A DNA stretch of 63,525 nt, the filler included, from Choristocarpus tenellus KU-1152 (Eukaryota; Protista; Phaeophyceae), in the NCBI GenBank assembly GCA_964200185.2. It is 11 parts of 11 records of this genome, joined end to end, with 100 filler letters (N's around TTAATTAATTAA, not from the genome) between each part and the next. Parts side by side here need not be neighbours in the genome. Positions count along the whole stretch, not along the records: positions 1 to 4,441 come from CAXNAD020014544.1; positions 4,542 to 10,229 come from CAXNAD020010002.1; positions 10,330 to 22,701 come from CAXNAD020001858.1; 8 more parts are not named here. One strand, given 5' to 3'. Of the stretch, positions 1 through 12,539 are shown piece after piece. The stretch's first letter is position 1; every line of letters begins with the position of its first letter. The notes beneath the pieces are model-generated. The model was not told the DNA's origin. It worked only from the letters and a program-made list of their open reading frames with translations, and searched no databases. A program made the position numbers and the translations under genes.

Positions 1-41
1 CCAAATGGACAGCCCCCACCCCCTCCCAGATACTTTGAGCC
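1..41 (-). mobile_element. MITE family B terminus
   Basis: CCAAATGGACAGCCCCCACCCCCTCCCAGATACTTTGAGCC is the reverse complement of the family B left end. Confidence 0.8.
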
Positions 42-1353
42 TTTCCATCACATGCCACGAACAGGAAATTACTCTCGATACATCCTAGAGCCGTTGATAG
101 AGAGCACAGCCAAGATGTTAAGGAACAGGCAGCGATGGTGTTCGATCAACTCAAGGATTACTACCCACTCAACTACAGTGAGTATCGTATTTATTGTCCT
201 GTCTGTATCTTGTTGTGTGAGTGCTCACTCCTGACATTGTTGTATTTCAGGTTAACCAAGTGAAGATATATCTTCTCCTTGCTAGTAATGATCCCATATC
301 CTCTTTCTTGTATACCCTTGTGCAAACACTACTACTACAGTAACAGGTCCTCTACTGCTTCTACATACATTCTCCAGCGTATGTAGGAAGGTACTACTTC
401 ATGCATAACCAATAATCCCCTCCTTTTCCACCAATACTAGCACTACTACGAGCATTATTGCAAAATTATACTCTTGATGACGGTTACTTTTCCTCCAACA
501 CATTATATGCATCCATTGTGGCGTATCATCGTTTTATCCATGCAATGCCTTTTCCATGTAAATATCCGTGCAATGCGCCTATATCTTCGTCCTCACGGCA
601 ATTCCTGCCTTTCCATTGTCGTCCATAACTACACATATTGGCATCTATATGTCATTTTAAAAGGTTCCAGCCATTGCTACTGTTCGTATAGTACTAGCCC
701 TACTTAATTTTTCTGGAGTCCTATTAATTAATAACGAAAGCTAAAACATTCTTATAATTCAAAGTTTGCTCTACTTTTCGAAAGGTTTCCTCCAGTCTCC
801 ACACACAATGATACTAACCCATAGTTTATACGCACTAACAATAACATCATTATACTTCACCAACATCATGGTTTTGATCTGTAACAATAAGGAAAATGCG
901 ACTACCCCTTCAGTTCGAACCCCCTACAGAGATAACTGAAATCGTCGCTATCCAGGAGGCTATAATGGAGCAAGCCGAGCAAACTCGAGTGCAAAGCTTC
1001 GGTCGACTCCAGCCTCGATACCCGACTCTACAGGGAAAACAGCTCTTTTGATCAAGAAGAGGACACCATCAACATGAGAAGGACGACCGAACTGTGCTGA
1101 TGGTACATATATTCAGCGGTGAGGTGATCCAATGGCGACACTTATGCTCAGAGGGAACCCAAGAGGATTCACAAACGTATTGTTAGTCGTGGGTCATCCT
1201 ATTTCAGAGAGGAAGAGGGGTCTATTCACGTTGGACCTTTCGAATAGTATGTAGAACTTTTTAAAGCCTTCGGTGAGACACCCCATTCCCATGCATGCAA
1301 TGCAACTAGCCAACCACCATTATGATACTGTGCCAACCAAAGAGAAAACAAAT

Positions 1354-1611
1354 GACCCAAACCAATCAAGAGGTAGGCAGGTTTGGACGTTTTTGCATAC
1401 TAAATCATTTTTTGAATGCTGTGCAATACATGCTATTCCATTACTTTCTGTACACAAAGTGTACGCAAAAATAATCCTCCCCCCTCTACACACGAAGCAA
1501 CACCACAATCCAACAAGGGCCGTTTCTTCGATTGTACACAATGGCATCCTTTTACCCCTTTCTCAGGATCCTAAAAATGCAACCCTGCCTAATTCTCAAT
1601 TGGTTTGACTC
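1354..1611 (-). mobile_element. MITE family C, full copy (258 bp, TSD AAT)
   Basis: ~28-bp TIRs GACCCAAACCAATCAAGAGGTAGGCAGG / CCTGCCTAATTCTCAATTGGTTTGACTC; inverted homologue of 7604-7861. Confidence 0.85.
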
Positions 1612-3105
1612 AATGTCCCACCACATCAATTATCGAAAAGAAAGCATATAGATGAATGAATCAGAAGACAGTCACAACCCCAAACAATCAACACCCCTCG
1701 CTATGAGAGGATACCTCAGTGTGGAGTGACGGGAAATGACTGTCATTTTCTTGTATGAGTGCCATGATATTAGTGATAATGAATACTATCATTGTTGTTT
1801 ATCCTCCTGTCATCATATATTTCTCCAGCCATTTACACCGTCACTATTACTACTACCTCTACTACTCCTGTGAGTAAGTGAAGAATACAAGCCGTGTGGG
1901 GGGTGCTGGAGGTAATAAACCACATACATTAAAAACTGTTGACATATACACACACTTGAAGAAACAGTCTCAATCACGACAACACTGAAAGACGAGCACA
2001 CTGTCCTCTCCAATTCCTCGAAATGCAGTAGTATAGATGCACACACGCATGACACCATGCCAGCAGAAGCCTTATTTTGCCCAGGCTCCTTGTCGGCAAC
2101 ACAACCCCTTCCAACAAAAAATGCCCAATCTTATTGTTCCAACCCCAAAACTATATGCTTTTTCAGATTTCAATGTTTGAAATCTCAGTCTGGTCCTAAA
2201 AAAATGAGTCTGCATTTATTTAAAGATTCAATATTCTGTTACTCTCAAGACGAGCAGGTAATCTCCCCAATGAAAATTTGCACAGAGTATATAGTCATCC
2301 ATTGTCCTCGGTTCACCCCAGTCCACCACAAAATGTTTGCGGTGACTTTGACTGTATGTTCTATGGAACACCTATGCTCCGCAAATACCCCCCCCATCTC
2401 CCCTTGTGTAAGATATGATCACACATAACATCCAGGGGATGCTGTTTCTGTAAAGCATGTGCCATGACTGACTGTAAAATCTACCACTATATCGAGGCCT
2501 CAGCCAGGAGAGACTCTTAAAACCATATTGTTAATCGGTCTAGTACCTCCCAGGATTGTTCTATTTATCATTCCAACTAACCACCTCTCTGCTTCATCAC
2601 CAGGTTTATTCACAATCCAGAGAGTTACACAACAATCAACTGCCTCTTTTTGTATTGAGCATCTGCATTTGAAGCCATGACAAACAGCCTTTCCGATGCA
2701 AGCAAACAGGAGAGAAACTTTGCCTTCTCAAACCCCCTACTACAAAGGTCGCGATCATATCCAACCCTACAACTTACCCTTTGCTCACCATCCAGAATGC
2801 TTCCCCTATCTAACCCTAACCCTAGACATGTACTTGCCTGTTGATGTTATCTAGTTCTATGGTACAGCTGTAGGGTAGTCCCGGGAGCAAGGGGAGGGGG
2901 ATATGACAAAAAACCTCCAACTTATTCACAAACTGGTGAGGCTTGTACCTAATACTGAAGTACATTATAAGATACCTTCATCCTGCAAGCCTGACTAATC
3001 CTAGCACCAAGTATTATTTATCTTGACAAGAACTAACGAGTGTGCGGTGCTGCTTCTTATGCCTATTGTTGCTGGCGACCATTCTTATGACGACTAGTTT
3101 TTGAA

Positions 3106-4441
3106 TCAAGACCGTTGGTCTGCTGCTTCTGCAGTCCTATTGCCTCCATCGAAGAGCTGATGTACTCCTCCCCTCCCCCTTGCCCCACCAACAGCATTCT
3201 CCTGACGTCTTGAGGAGGTGTGATCCCTTTCATCAGCGGGTACTTTGAAGGTTGTTGCATGCTCAGAAGAATCCGTCCTAGGTGTTGCATTGGACAATTG
3301 TCTCCGCAGAGATAGCCTCCTGTGAGAATTCGTGACTAGACCTGCCGCAGCCAGGCTGGGCCTAATGGCAGAGGGATTAGTTGTGGAGCTGGTGGTGGTA
3401 TTGTTCGCAAGCAAATGCGGTCTCATTCGCACCTCCTCTGATTTTTCCGTGCTGCTGCCCTCCTTGATCTTGTCCTCACTCCTTCTCCTACCCCTTGAAT
3501 CTTTATCCTGTTGTGTTGAGTTAGGGTTGATCAGGGAGGAGGAAGCAAGTCAGGGGATCGAACCTCTGAAGTAAGTACCCACTGGCTGCAGTGTGGTCCA
3601 AGTGTTGTAAACATGTTAAGACCGTTTGATTGCTGTAGCTTATGTTAGTCTAGACATGAGGCAGAGACTAGAACATACACCACTTAGAGGGTAGCATCTA
3701 TATATGCTATGCAAAGGTACGTCAGAGGTGTCCAAGGGTGGAGATGGAGTAATCCACTTGACTTGACTGACTGATTGATTATCACACATAAGTTCTAAGT
3801 ACGATGCAGTGATGTTGAAGGAAGCAGCTTAAAGCAAATTCAACAAGCGGTCAGAAAGGCAATGCAAATGAGATTTCAATAAAAAAGACACACCATGTGT
3901 GTCAACAACAGGCAGATTTTTAGTTGAGTAAACAGATACATGACATTACAATATATATGAGTGAGTCTCTCAGCATAGTACCAACTATGCGACCAGTATA
4001 GTGCAGCTCAATTTCCCGTTGTGAGCATTGGACTGCAACGTTACAAAAAGCAACTTAAAAGAGATTATGCACAGTAAGGATCTGGTGCATGTGTCTGAGG
4101 TCAAGTTACGGTCCTACTCGTATCAAATCTACCTTTAAAAAGGTGATGCAAACAATACTGTCCTACTGCACAACAGAGGCCCCACAGCCAATTGGCAACT
4201 GAGACCACAACTCCATCTCAAACAACACTGAGCATTGGAGAGCTCTATGTAGCTAAAGGCGGAAACTAAGCCCAACACTCACCTGTCTCTCCACGGCAAG
4301 CATGGGATTGAGTGTGACACCGAGGTCCGACCCCTCCGAGTCCGAGGGCTGTTCCTCACCCCCCTTGCCCCCAATTTCAACACCAGAAGCCCAACTCTCA
4401 CTGTTGCCGATTGCACTGAAGCGTCGACTGCTCCCCCCCCC
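3106..4441 (-). CDS. Last two exons of an unknown low-complexity protein
   Basis: Open exon 4441-4283 ends in CAG|GTGAG. Acceptor CAG with an upstream CTAAC at 3508 leads to exon 3507-3106 (DKDSRGRRR...AADQRS*), phase 0. Confidence 0.5.
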
Positions 4442-4541
4442 NNNNNNNNNNNNNNNNNNNNNNNNNNNNNNNNNNNNNNNNNNNNTTAATTAATTAANNN
4501 NNNNNNNNNNNNNNNNNNNNNNNNNNNNNNNNNNNNNNNNN
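4442..4541. other. Artificial contig linker (N44-TTAATTAATTAA-N44)
   Basis: Identical 100-bp linkers at 4442, 10230, 22702, 28534, 36564, 39178, 51417, 54257, 57243 and 60891; the core has stops in all six frames. Confidence 0.97.
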
Positions 4542-5724
4542 ACCAAGCAATCTCGCCAGGTTTATCACCTTTATGTTCTTTGATGATTTTGGGGATACTT
4601 TAACATCCTCTTCCTTATCCTTATCCCTTCCCATGAAATGGTCACATTTTTTCAAACCCTCTTGACTATAAAAAGTATTATATTGTATTGTTGATAGTAT
4701 CACGTTCGCCCAAGGTTGGTTCCACTTTCAACCATGTTGACCTGTTGATGAGAAGACCGAAGTGACTGTTGCTTCCCCTTGTAAGAGCTGGAGGGACCCT
4801 ACACTTCATCTTGGTACATGGGTATTTCTATCTTACATGGAGATACGAAATTGGCAATGGTGGTCACAAATCCACTCATTTTTCTTCCACCCATTCCAGA
4901 ATATTCTATTTTAATCATGAAATGCACGCACTATCATTTTGCAGATGTTATCACTGGGGAAAAAGAAGCTACACAGACAAGAGAACATAACACAACCGCA
5001 GACTCTATATTGCCGACGGTTTTGCAGTATATGTACACCAACTATACACCAATATTGACAAACAAACGTGTCCGTACAACTGCATGCAGTATTTAAAATA
5101 AGGTCTTCGCGCCAGTCTGGAACACATACCACAGTCCCAAATGTGTAGCATGAACCCCAAAAAACTAGTGCCAACAAAGGTTCCTACTGCTGTTGTAAAG
5201 CATAACTCCAGGAAAGTATTAGAATCTCTTTAATGGGCAGCATCAGGAGCCAACCAGCTACTAATGAAACGTTCACAAGACACAATTAAGTGATCAAGCA
5301 GCAACATATTCTATCACTATTCTAGTTCACTGAATAATGCCTCCGATACCATAAACCCGTAATTTTTGCACAAGGAGTTTAGACGAGGTACATTAAGAAC
5401 ATATCCCACGATTTATTGTTGCTACATGATTTCAAACAGTCCCAAATCACTCAGTATTCAATGTTTATTTTCCCCTCCACCCTACTCCATGCAAGTTTCT
5501 TCCATGGCAATGGAGGGTTAGCTCTAGTTTTTTTATGGTCAGACTCAGATACACTATTGGAGAATTGGAGCTACAGAAAACAGTGTGGAAGTAGAGGAGA
5601 TTTGTGCTTTTACTTAGTACACATCTTTCTTTTGTGACCCAATTAGAAGCACAGTTAGTCCTTACATTTGTGAGCTACCTGTACATGATTTCTAGCGCGT
5701 TGATTATTTTTAGCAGTATAATAC

Positions 5725-5966
5725 GAGGGTAGAGCCGCGTCCATTTGGGGACCAAAATCCAATATTGGAATTTTGATGTAATTTTGGCTATAATATTTGT
5801 TAGGAGATGTCAATATCTTTGTTCTGGACACATCTTTTCATAACGTACGCATTTTACCTACTCCGAAACATTTTGGAGTAGGTAAAATGTCCTTAAAAAC
5901 CCGTGGGAAGCCAAGCCCCAAAGGACAAACAGGGAAAAACTCGTACCCTCTAAGATACTTTCACTC
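5725..5966 (+). mobile_element. MITE family A copy (left end truncated)
   Basis: Colinear with 6522-6780; right TIR TACCCTCTAAGATACTTTCACTC; internal 15-bp-stem hairpin at 5850-5889. Confidence 0.85.
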
Positions 5967-6521
5967 ATAACATGTACTACTACGTAGTTGGGAACTGTAA
6001 TTCTCAGTAACTTCAGAGTCACACTCCAGGCTACTACTGGCTGGAGCCTCACATACAAATTAGCAGACACACTGGACTCCTACAGACTGTCAGCGGAAAT
6101 AGTGGGTACACAGCCAACAGCACACAGTTGAAGTCCTCCAGACACAGCCGAACACCCACCCATCCTACAAGGTATCAGGATTTTATTAGCCAGCACAAGT
6201 CAAGCTTTCGTTGTTCCTGTAATGCAAGCATACCTATCTCCAATACACACACACTGTGTGGTGGAAATGTAGACAGTGACTGCCTCACATGATTGTGTCT
6301 TTCGACCCTTGGATGGGAAGGACATACCTCTGCTGCAGGGACCTCTTGCAGCAACACCTAGACTCCTGAAGAAATAAAATCTTGGCGATAGAGACGTGTG
6401 GATAACCGCAGAGGTTACCCAACTAGTTGAAAATGATTTTGATGGGCTCGACAAGAAGATTCCAAATTGGAATCAAATGTGGATGTCAGAAAAGGGAAGT
6501 GGCAAAACGGAATATTGGAGT

Positions 6522-6780
6522 GAGTCAAAGTATCAGAGAGGGTAGAGTCGTGTCCATTTGGGGGCCAAAATCCAATGTTGCAATTTTGATGTAATTTTGA
6601 CTATCGTGTTTGTTAGGAACTGTCAATATCCATGTTTCGGACACACACCTTTTCATGACATACACATTTTACCTACTCCGAAACATTTTGGAGTGGGAAA
6701 TTGTACTAAAGAAGCCCATGGGAAGCCAAGCCCAAATGGACAGGCAGGGCAAACTCGTGCCCTCTAAGATACTTTCACTC
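6522..6780 (+). mobile_element. MITE family A, full copy (259 bp, TSD AGT)
   Basis: TIRs GAGTCAAAGTATCAGAGAGGGTA / GCCCTCTAAGATACTTTCACTC; AGT at 6519-6521 and 6781-6783. Confidence 0.9.
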
Positions 6781-6959
6781 AGTAGTACGTGTCCCAAATC
6801 CTGCCGAAACACGTCTTCACATCCAAAATGACGTGATCTTCGTCCAAAATGATGTCAACACCACTCAAAAATGACTCAATCGTGATGATAGTACTCTAGT
6901 CGGCGTTGAATATAATAGCATGTACCGAGTATTGTTAGTTGGTAACAACAATGACATAA

Positions 6960-7263
6960 GGCTCGAAGTATCTGGGGGGAGGGTGGCGACTGTCCATTTG
7001 GGGGCATTTTTTTCATGTTGCGATTTTTGGGTGATTTGGTTGCGTACGTCAGATGGATAATGGAAATGCGCTTTTCGTGATTTTGACCCCCATGGACACC
7101 CTGGTGTAGACTCCCCCCCCCCCCCCCCCCCCCCCCCTCCCGCCCACATGATACAGAACACCCCTCTTATTTTCGACCANNNNNNNNNNTTTTTTTTGTT
7201 TTTGCCCCCCCGTACCCCTTTGGTGTGGCCCCCCCCCCCCCCCCCCCCCAGATACCTTGGGTC
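6960..7263 (+). mobile_element. MITE family B copy (TSD ATAA; contains an assembly gap)
   Basis: GGCTCGAAGTATCTGGGG...CCAGATACCTTGGGTC; ATAA at 6956-6959 and 7264-7267. Confidence 0.85.
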
Positions 7264-7603
7264 ATAATGTCATAATGCCCGCTGATATTTTGCAGGCACA
7301 TACGAGTTGTAATAGGGAAGAAAGCGAAACTTTTCACTGAACTTGGTAAACATGATGGGACCAGGACTGGGGTTGGTCCAGGTGAAATGTTTCAGGAGAC
7401 GGTTCTATAGACGGTTTTATACAAGGCAGTATGAACTTGTTCTATTGTGAAGATTTGGATAATGAGGATATATATATATATGTTTTTCACCATTTTATTT
7501 TTTCAGTCCTGCCCTGCCCACCCCTTTTAGGTCAGTGCTATGAATCTGATACTATAATGTATATCAAATATAGTAATCCAAAAAGAGTGTGACTGAGCAT
7601 CAA

Positions 7604-7861
7604 GAGTCAAACCAACTGGGAGATTGGCAGGGTCGCATTTTGACGATCCCGAGAAAGGGCAAAAAGAAGCCATTTTGTATAGGTACAGAAAGAATGTTCG
7701 CTGAATTGTATTGTCAATTTGTGTGTGGAAATGGGGAATATAATTTTTTGTACACTATTGTGTACAAAAAGCAGTGAAATATAGTGTATTGCACAGGGCA
7801 AGAGAGATGGCTTGGAATGCAAATTGGTCCAAACCTGCCTAACTCTCAATTGGTTTGGCTC
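7604..7861 (+). mobile_element. MITE family C, full copy (258 bp, TSD CAA)
   Basis: GAGTCAAACCAACTGGGAGATTGGCAGG...CCTGCCTAACTCTCAATTGGTTTGGCTC; CAA at 7601-7603 and 7862-7864. Confidence 0.85.
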
Positions 7862-9076
7862 CAAGGTGTTGTCTACCCCCTGCGTTATTGAACATTGGGG
7901 TCACATGATCCCAACTAGATAAATTCAGCTCGGTTCTGCAACAGAAATACGTAGTAGTGTTTAAAGAGACCAGTGCAAGGCAGCCAGGGAGTACAACCGG
8001 GCCTGACTGTGGGATGACCCAGCTTAAATTTGTTATCTGAACCAGGCCGCTGACACACAAAAACGAAATATATGTAGTTCGAAGCTTCAAATATGGTTAA
8101 ACACGACGGATCTGGAGTCATCAGTGAGTACAAATGAACCGGACCACAAATTGATCCGGTAAAACGATATCTTATCAAGTCCAGACCCAGGCCATTGAGA
8201 CTGTACAGACCAGGCCACAGCCCTAACCGCGACCCCCGGTCCAGTATGTCGGCCCTATGTAGAGCTGTGGCGTAATGCTTTCAGTGCGTAACAGGGAAGG
8301 ACTGTGCTGGGGAGGAAAGAGGACGTTAACCTCCGGCGGATAGTGTCCACTGTGCTCCTTCAGCAGCACAGAAGAAAATGTAAAGTGGGGAAATTGTGTT
8401 TGGGTAATCCTGTGGGTGCTGTGCTGGTAGAAAAGAGGAGGAGAACATCTGCCACTAAGCAGTCACAGTTCTTGAGCAGCACAAGCAGGAAATGCGAACG
8501 GGGGGACGATGTGGTCTATTCCTGGACGTAAAGAGGAAATACTCCAGCATCCAGCAGTCGTGGCACTCCATCAGCACCAGGAAAAGAGGCAGAGAGCGGG
8601 CATTGCCTTTGTACAAGGGGTGGGCTATGTCTGGGGGGGGTCTGTGCCTGCCTGTGCAAAATTTTATGATTGAGCCGAGCGTACATGTATACCTGTGGGA
8701 GTCTATGCGTAATGTGGACCTTTATTGTCGCCAACAGAGAATCCTAATATGCTCTGAAGTGGTAATTAAGGTATATCACTGGCCAGGGTCTTGCTTAGAC
8801 AAGATACAAAAAGTTGCATTTTGGGCCATCAGTCCTCGTAACAATGTGTTAACGAAATATTGTTGAACTACAAGTACAATTTCGGGCGAGGGTTTTAGGA
8901 GGAATGGGGTGCGTGTCTGACGATAGTTAAAATTATTAAGGGAACACTTTTTGATTGTTGATGATCTTGGAAACTTCCCAATTCATTGAACCGAGCCAAT
9001 GATTGTACTGATATGGTTCGCAACTCTACTATTTTCCACCAACGTGTATTATGATGTAGTAGTAGTAGTAACACCA

Positions 9077-9335
9077 GGGTGAAAGTTTCTTAGAGGCTAC
9101 GAGTTTTGCCCTGTTTGTTCATTTGGGGCTTGGCTTCCCATGGGTTTTTTAATTACATTTTCCTACTCCTAAATGTTCAGGAGTAGGTAAAATGTATACG
9201 TTATGAAAAGGTGTGTCCGAAAGATAGATATTGACACTTCCTAACAAACACGATAGCTAAAATGATATCAAAATCGCAACATTGGATTTTGACCCCAAAA
9301 TGGACGCGGCTCTAACTTCTAAGATACTTTGGCTC
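9077..9335 (-). mobile_element. MITE family A, full copy (259 bp, TSD ACCA)
   Basis: Reverse-complement of family A; ACCA at 9073-9076 and 9336-9339. Confidence 0.88.
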
Positions 9336-9416
9336 ACCACCTGGAACAGGAAAATACATAAGAGGCGAGACAATGTACCCTTTTCTACAATCCTGACCTC
9401 AACAAAGAATGTTTTG

Positions 9417-9615
9417 ATTTTGATGTAATTTTGGCTATCGTGTTTGTTAGGAAGTGTCAATATCTATGTTTCAGACACACCTTTTCATAACATACATATT
9501 TTATCTACTCCGAAACATTTTGGAGTAGGAAAATGTCATAAAAAACCCATGGGAAGCCAAGCCCCACAAATGGGCAAACAGGGAAAAAATCGTACCCTCT
9601 AAGATACTTTCACTC
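9417..9615 (+). mobile_element. MITE family A copy (5' truncated)
   Basis: Colinear with family A up to the right TIR ...TAAGATACTTTCACTC. Confidence 0.85.
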
Positions 9616-10192
9616 ATTGGCTGTCCTTAGTCTCATCCACCCCGTCGTCATCTCCATAATCGGTATTACCATCCACAGTTTCATCACCATCAACCCATGT
9701 AGCTTCAGATTCATCACCATCACTTAATCCTCCATCAATCCAGGAGATTCCATCATCATCATCATCACATTCACCCCCCATCTCCTGGATTTCACTAGTC
9801 CTTCTACGTGCATGTGGAGGAAGAACGTACCCTGGAGTGTCATCCAAATTTTCATCATCCCATTCGAAATCAGAAATTGGAAATCGTACGCTGCCATCTT
9901 TGATGGCGTGCCAATGGATGTTGGCTCGCTGAAGTACACGATTAGTTGTGAAGTCCAGGACGCAGAAGTTGCCACAGGGCTGGTTTTCTGATATGACAAC
10001 CATAATGCATTGCTGTCCACGGCTCCCAAGCTTGTGTGTCCTGGGTTGGACTTGTAGTATCCAGGGCTGCTGAATGCCAGGGCACCCATCAGCAATCCAA
10101 CTTCCCCATAAAGTGCGCGATAAGGTGAGATCCCCTTATTTGCAGCAGTTGAACTTCTGTTGAGGATGAATGCTGAATGACTATACGCCTCT
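9616..10192 (-). mobile_element. Ty1/Copia retrotransposon integrase remnant
   Basis: EAYSHSAFILNRSSTAANKGISPYRALYGE...LAFSSPGYYK resembles the Copia EA..A..I.NR......SPY...G...F motif. A frameshift then leads to ..FTTNRVLQRANIHW and an acidic linker. Confidence 0.7.
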
Positions 10193-10229
10193 GACCCAAA
10201 GTATCTGGGAGGGTGGGGGGGATCTACAC
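10193..10229 (-). mobile_element. MITE family B terminus, inserted in a Copia remnant
   Basis: GACCCAAAGTATCTGGGAGGG...TCTACAC is the reverse complement of the family B right end; the contig ends here. Confidence 0.75.
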
Positions 10230-10420
10230 NNNNNNNNNNNNNNNNNNNNNNNNNNNNNNNNNNNNNNNNNNNNTTAATTAATTAANNNNNNNNNNNNNNN
10301 NNNNNNNNNNNNNNNNNNNNNNNNNNNNNCTCTCCCACCTTATTTATTGAGGAGCCTCTTGTATACCACCGCTAGCCCCCATCTCTCCCCCCACATGTTT
10401 GTCCCCATCAGCGCCCATAG

Positions 10421-10637
10421 ACTGCAAGAGGACGTCGAGCGTGCAGTACAGAACTTGGAAACAAGGATAAGAAGGCTCCTTGTTGCTTCCTTTCAGGATC
10501 CTGTGAGTAGGGGAGAGCAAAAGGAGGAGGTGCCTGGGTCAGTTTCAGCACCAGGGACCGGATCATCAGATTCAGTTCAAGCCGATACTGAGGTTGAAGC
10601 AGTGTTGCCACGTAGAAGTGGGACATACACAGTATAG
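10421..10637 (+). CDS. Probable terminal exon of an unknown protein
   Basis: Pyrimidine-rich acceptor ...CCCATAG followed by LQEDVERAVQNLETRIRRLLV...SGTYTV*. Confidence 0.45.
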
Positions 10638-12366
10638 GACGTTTGTATTTTGGATAGGAGCAATTCCCCATCAATCTTGGTAGTGCCTGATACAAGTAGT
10701 TGTGGCTTTTGAAGAAGAATGGCAAGCAGTGAGGTAGGGTGTCAAGGGAGGTATCATTGAGGGCAGAAACTGCCATTTACTTTTTTATGTGCCCCTCGAT
10801 ACTTTATATACATGTATTTGTGTGTATGTGCATTGGCCTACTAATGCATGTGCAAGAGTGTGTGCTCCTGGCACCTCGTTTTGCGGAACAATGCCTACGT
10901 TGAGTTTTCGAAGGGTTCAACCTTTGAGTACTACCTTCCACCTCCACTTTGTGCAGGATCTGAAATGTAGATATACAAATTTCACTATTTTAATTTATTG
11001 GTTAAGAATGAAGACTGATAAGTAAAGAAAGTCCCATGTAGCATGCCCACATCATTTTGTTTTGTGCTTATGATGCCTTCCATCATACAAGTGACCAATT
11101 GGTGGTGTTGCTTCTAGGTGGTGAATGAGAGTAGGAGGCTGTGCAGGGTGTTGGATTAATTGAAGTAATGATTCCTTCAGATGACAGCATCAACCTTTCC
11201 TGTGTTGTTGATTCCACTTTTGACTGTGCTTTTTTTACACTCGCTTCAGTATGCCTACAAGCTTCCCGTCTATTCAGGTACTCTAGGTTACTCCGAACAA
11301 TCTTCAAGGGATAGTTCAGAGCTAATGATTGCACTATATGTAGAGCCTTGCGTAGGGCTCACTTGACCTTTTTCATGGAGGTTACTGTAGGAAGTCTGCA
11401 ACGTTTTTCTTAACACCACAGTCGTTGGTCCTCTGCTTGGACATTCCAATCATTAAGCATATTATAGTGTGTATATGCAACATATCTATCTGTTAGCACC
11501 AGCAGCGGTCAAGTTACCTTTACTAAGAAGGATCTGAGATAGCATTGATCGATCAGCAATGTGCCCTCCTGCTCACCTCAAGTCATACCATGTACCACAT
11601 CTTGCAAAGGTTTCCTCTCAAGATTGAGTTTGGTGCTATGTCCATCGTGGTTGTCATGCTGCTTACAGTAATTACTCCATGTTGTGAAGTGAAACTTATT
11701 TTGTGACTGGATAATCCTGGACATCTTTGTATGCAATACACTCCTTGTAATTGCCTTGGTCCTTGTTGTCCCAGTTTTTTTTTTGGCACAAGCAAGCAGG
11801 ACCATCTATCCCCAAGACTTTCCTATTTGTACACTAAGCGGGCAATTGTGCTTACATGTATATGTTTGAGTACTCGAAACATTGTGAAGGGAGGGTTTGG
11901 CTGTTGGTGCAGAAGTGTTACCTTAGTTTGAGGACTTCCTTGTCAGTATCATCATACTTCAAAGAAATTGTGAGCCATACTTGATTTTTTTATTGCTTTC
12001 TTACAGTCGTAAGTATTATTAAGTAGTGCACTTGTTGTGCGGCTGTACTCAGGAGAAAGAAAGTTGCGTTGCCAGTGTCTTTTTATTCTGGGCAGGTAGG
12101 TGGGTAGGTTTCCATCTGTGTGACCTGCCTGTGTGTGTCTTAAGTGAGCACTAGCTTAACCAGTACTTATTTCTCAGTGAGGTTTATTATTATTGCTTTT
12201 TGGTTGTATTTCATGTTGCAGACAGATTAATCTGGTTCTTCTGTAACAGACCATACCTCTTTGAATGATAAAGGATCGCTGCAGTGATTGGCGCTAGGCG
12301 TAAACTCGGGTATTAGGGATAAGGTCGCATTAAGTGCCATGCTAAATATGCACACACAAAAACCCT

Positions 12367-12539
12367 GGCTCAGAGTATCTGGGAGGGGTGGCGGCTGTCC
12401 ATTTGGGACCAATTTTTTCATGTCATGATTTTGGGTGATTTGATTCCATACGTCGGATGGATAATGAAAGTGCACTTTTCCTAGTTTTGGTCAAAATGGA
12501 CACTCTGGTGTAGACCCCCCCCCCGAGATACTTTGGGTT
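12367..12539 (+). mobile_element. MITE family B, full copy (~173 bp, TSD CCT)
   Basis: GGCTCAGAGTATCTGGGAGG...GAGATACTTTGGGTT; CCT at 12364-12366 and 12540-12542. Confidence 0.87.

Noticed and set aside
1273-1608. Similar ORF pair 1273-1608 and 7607-7864 as a small gene family
   Set aside because: Both are chance frames within MITE family C, and the frames are not conserved end to end.
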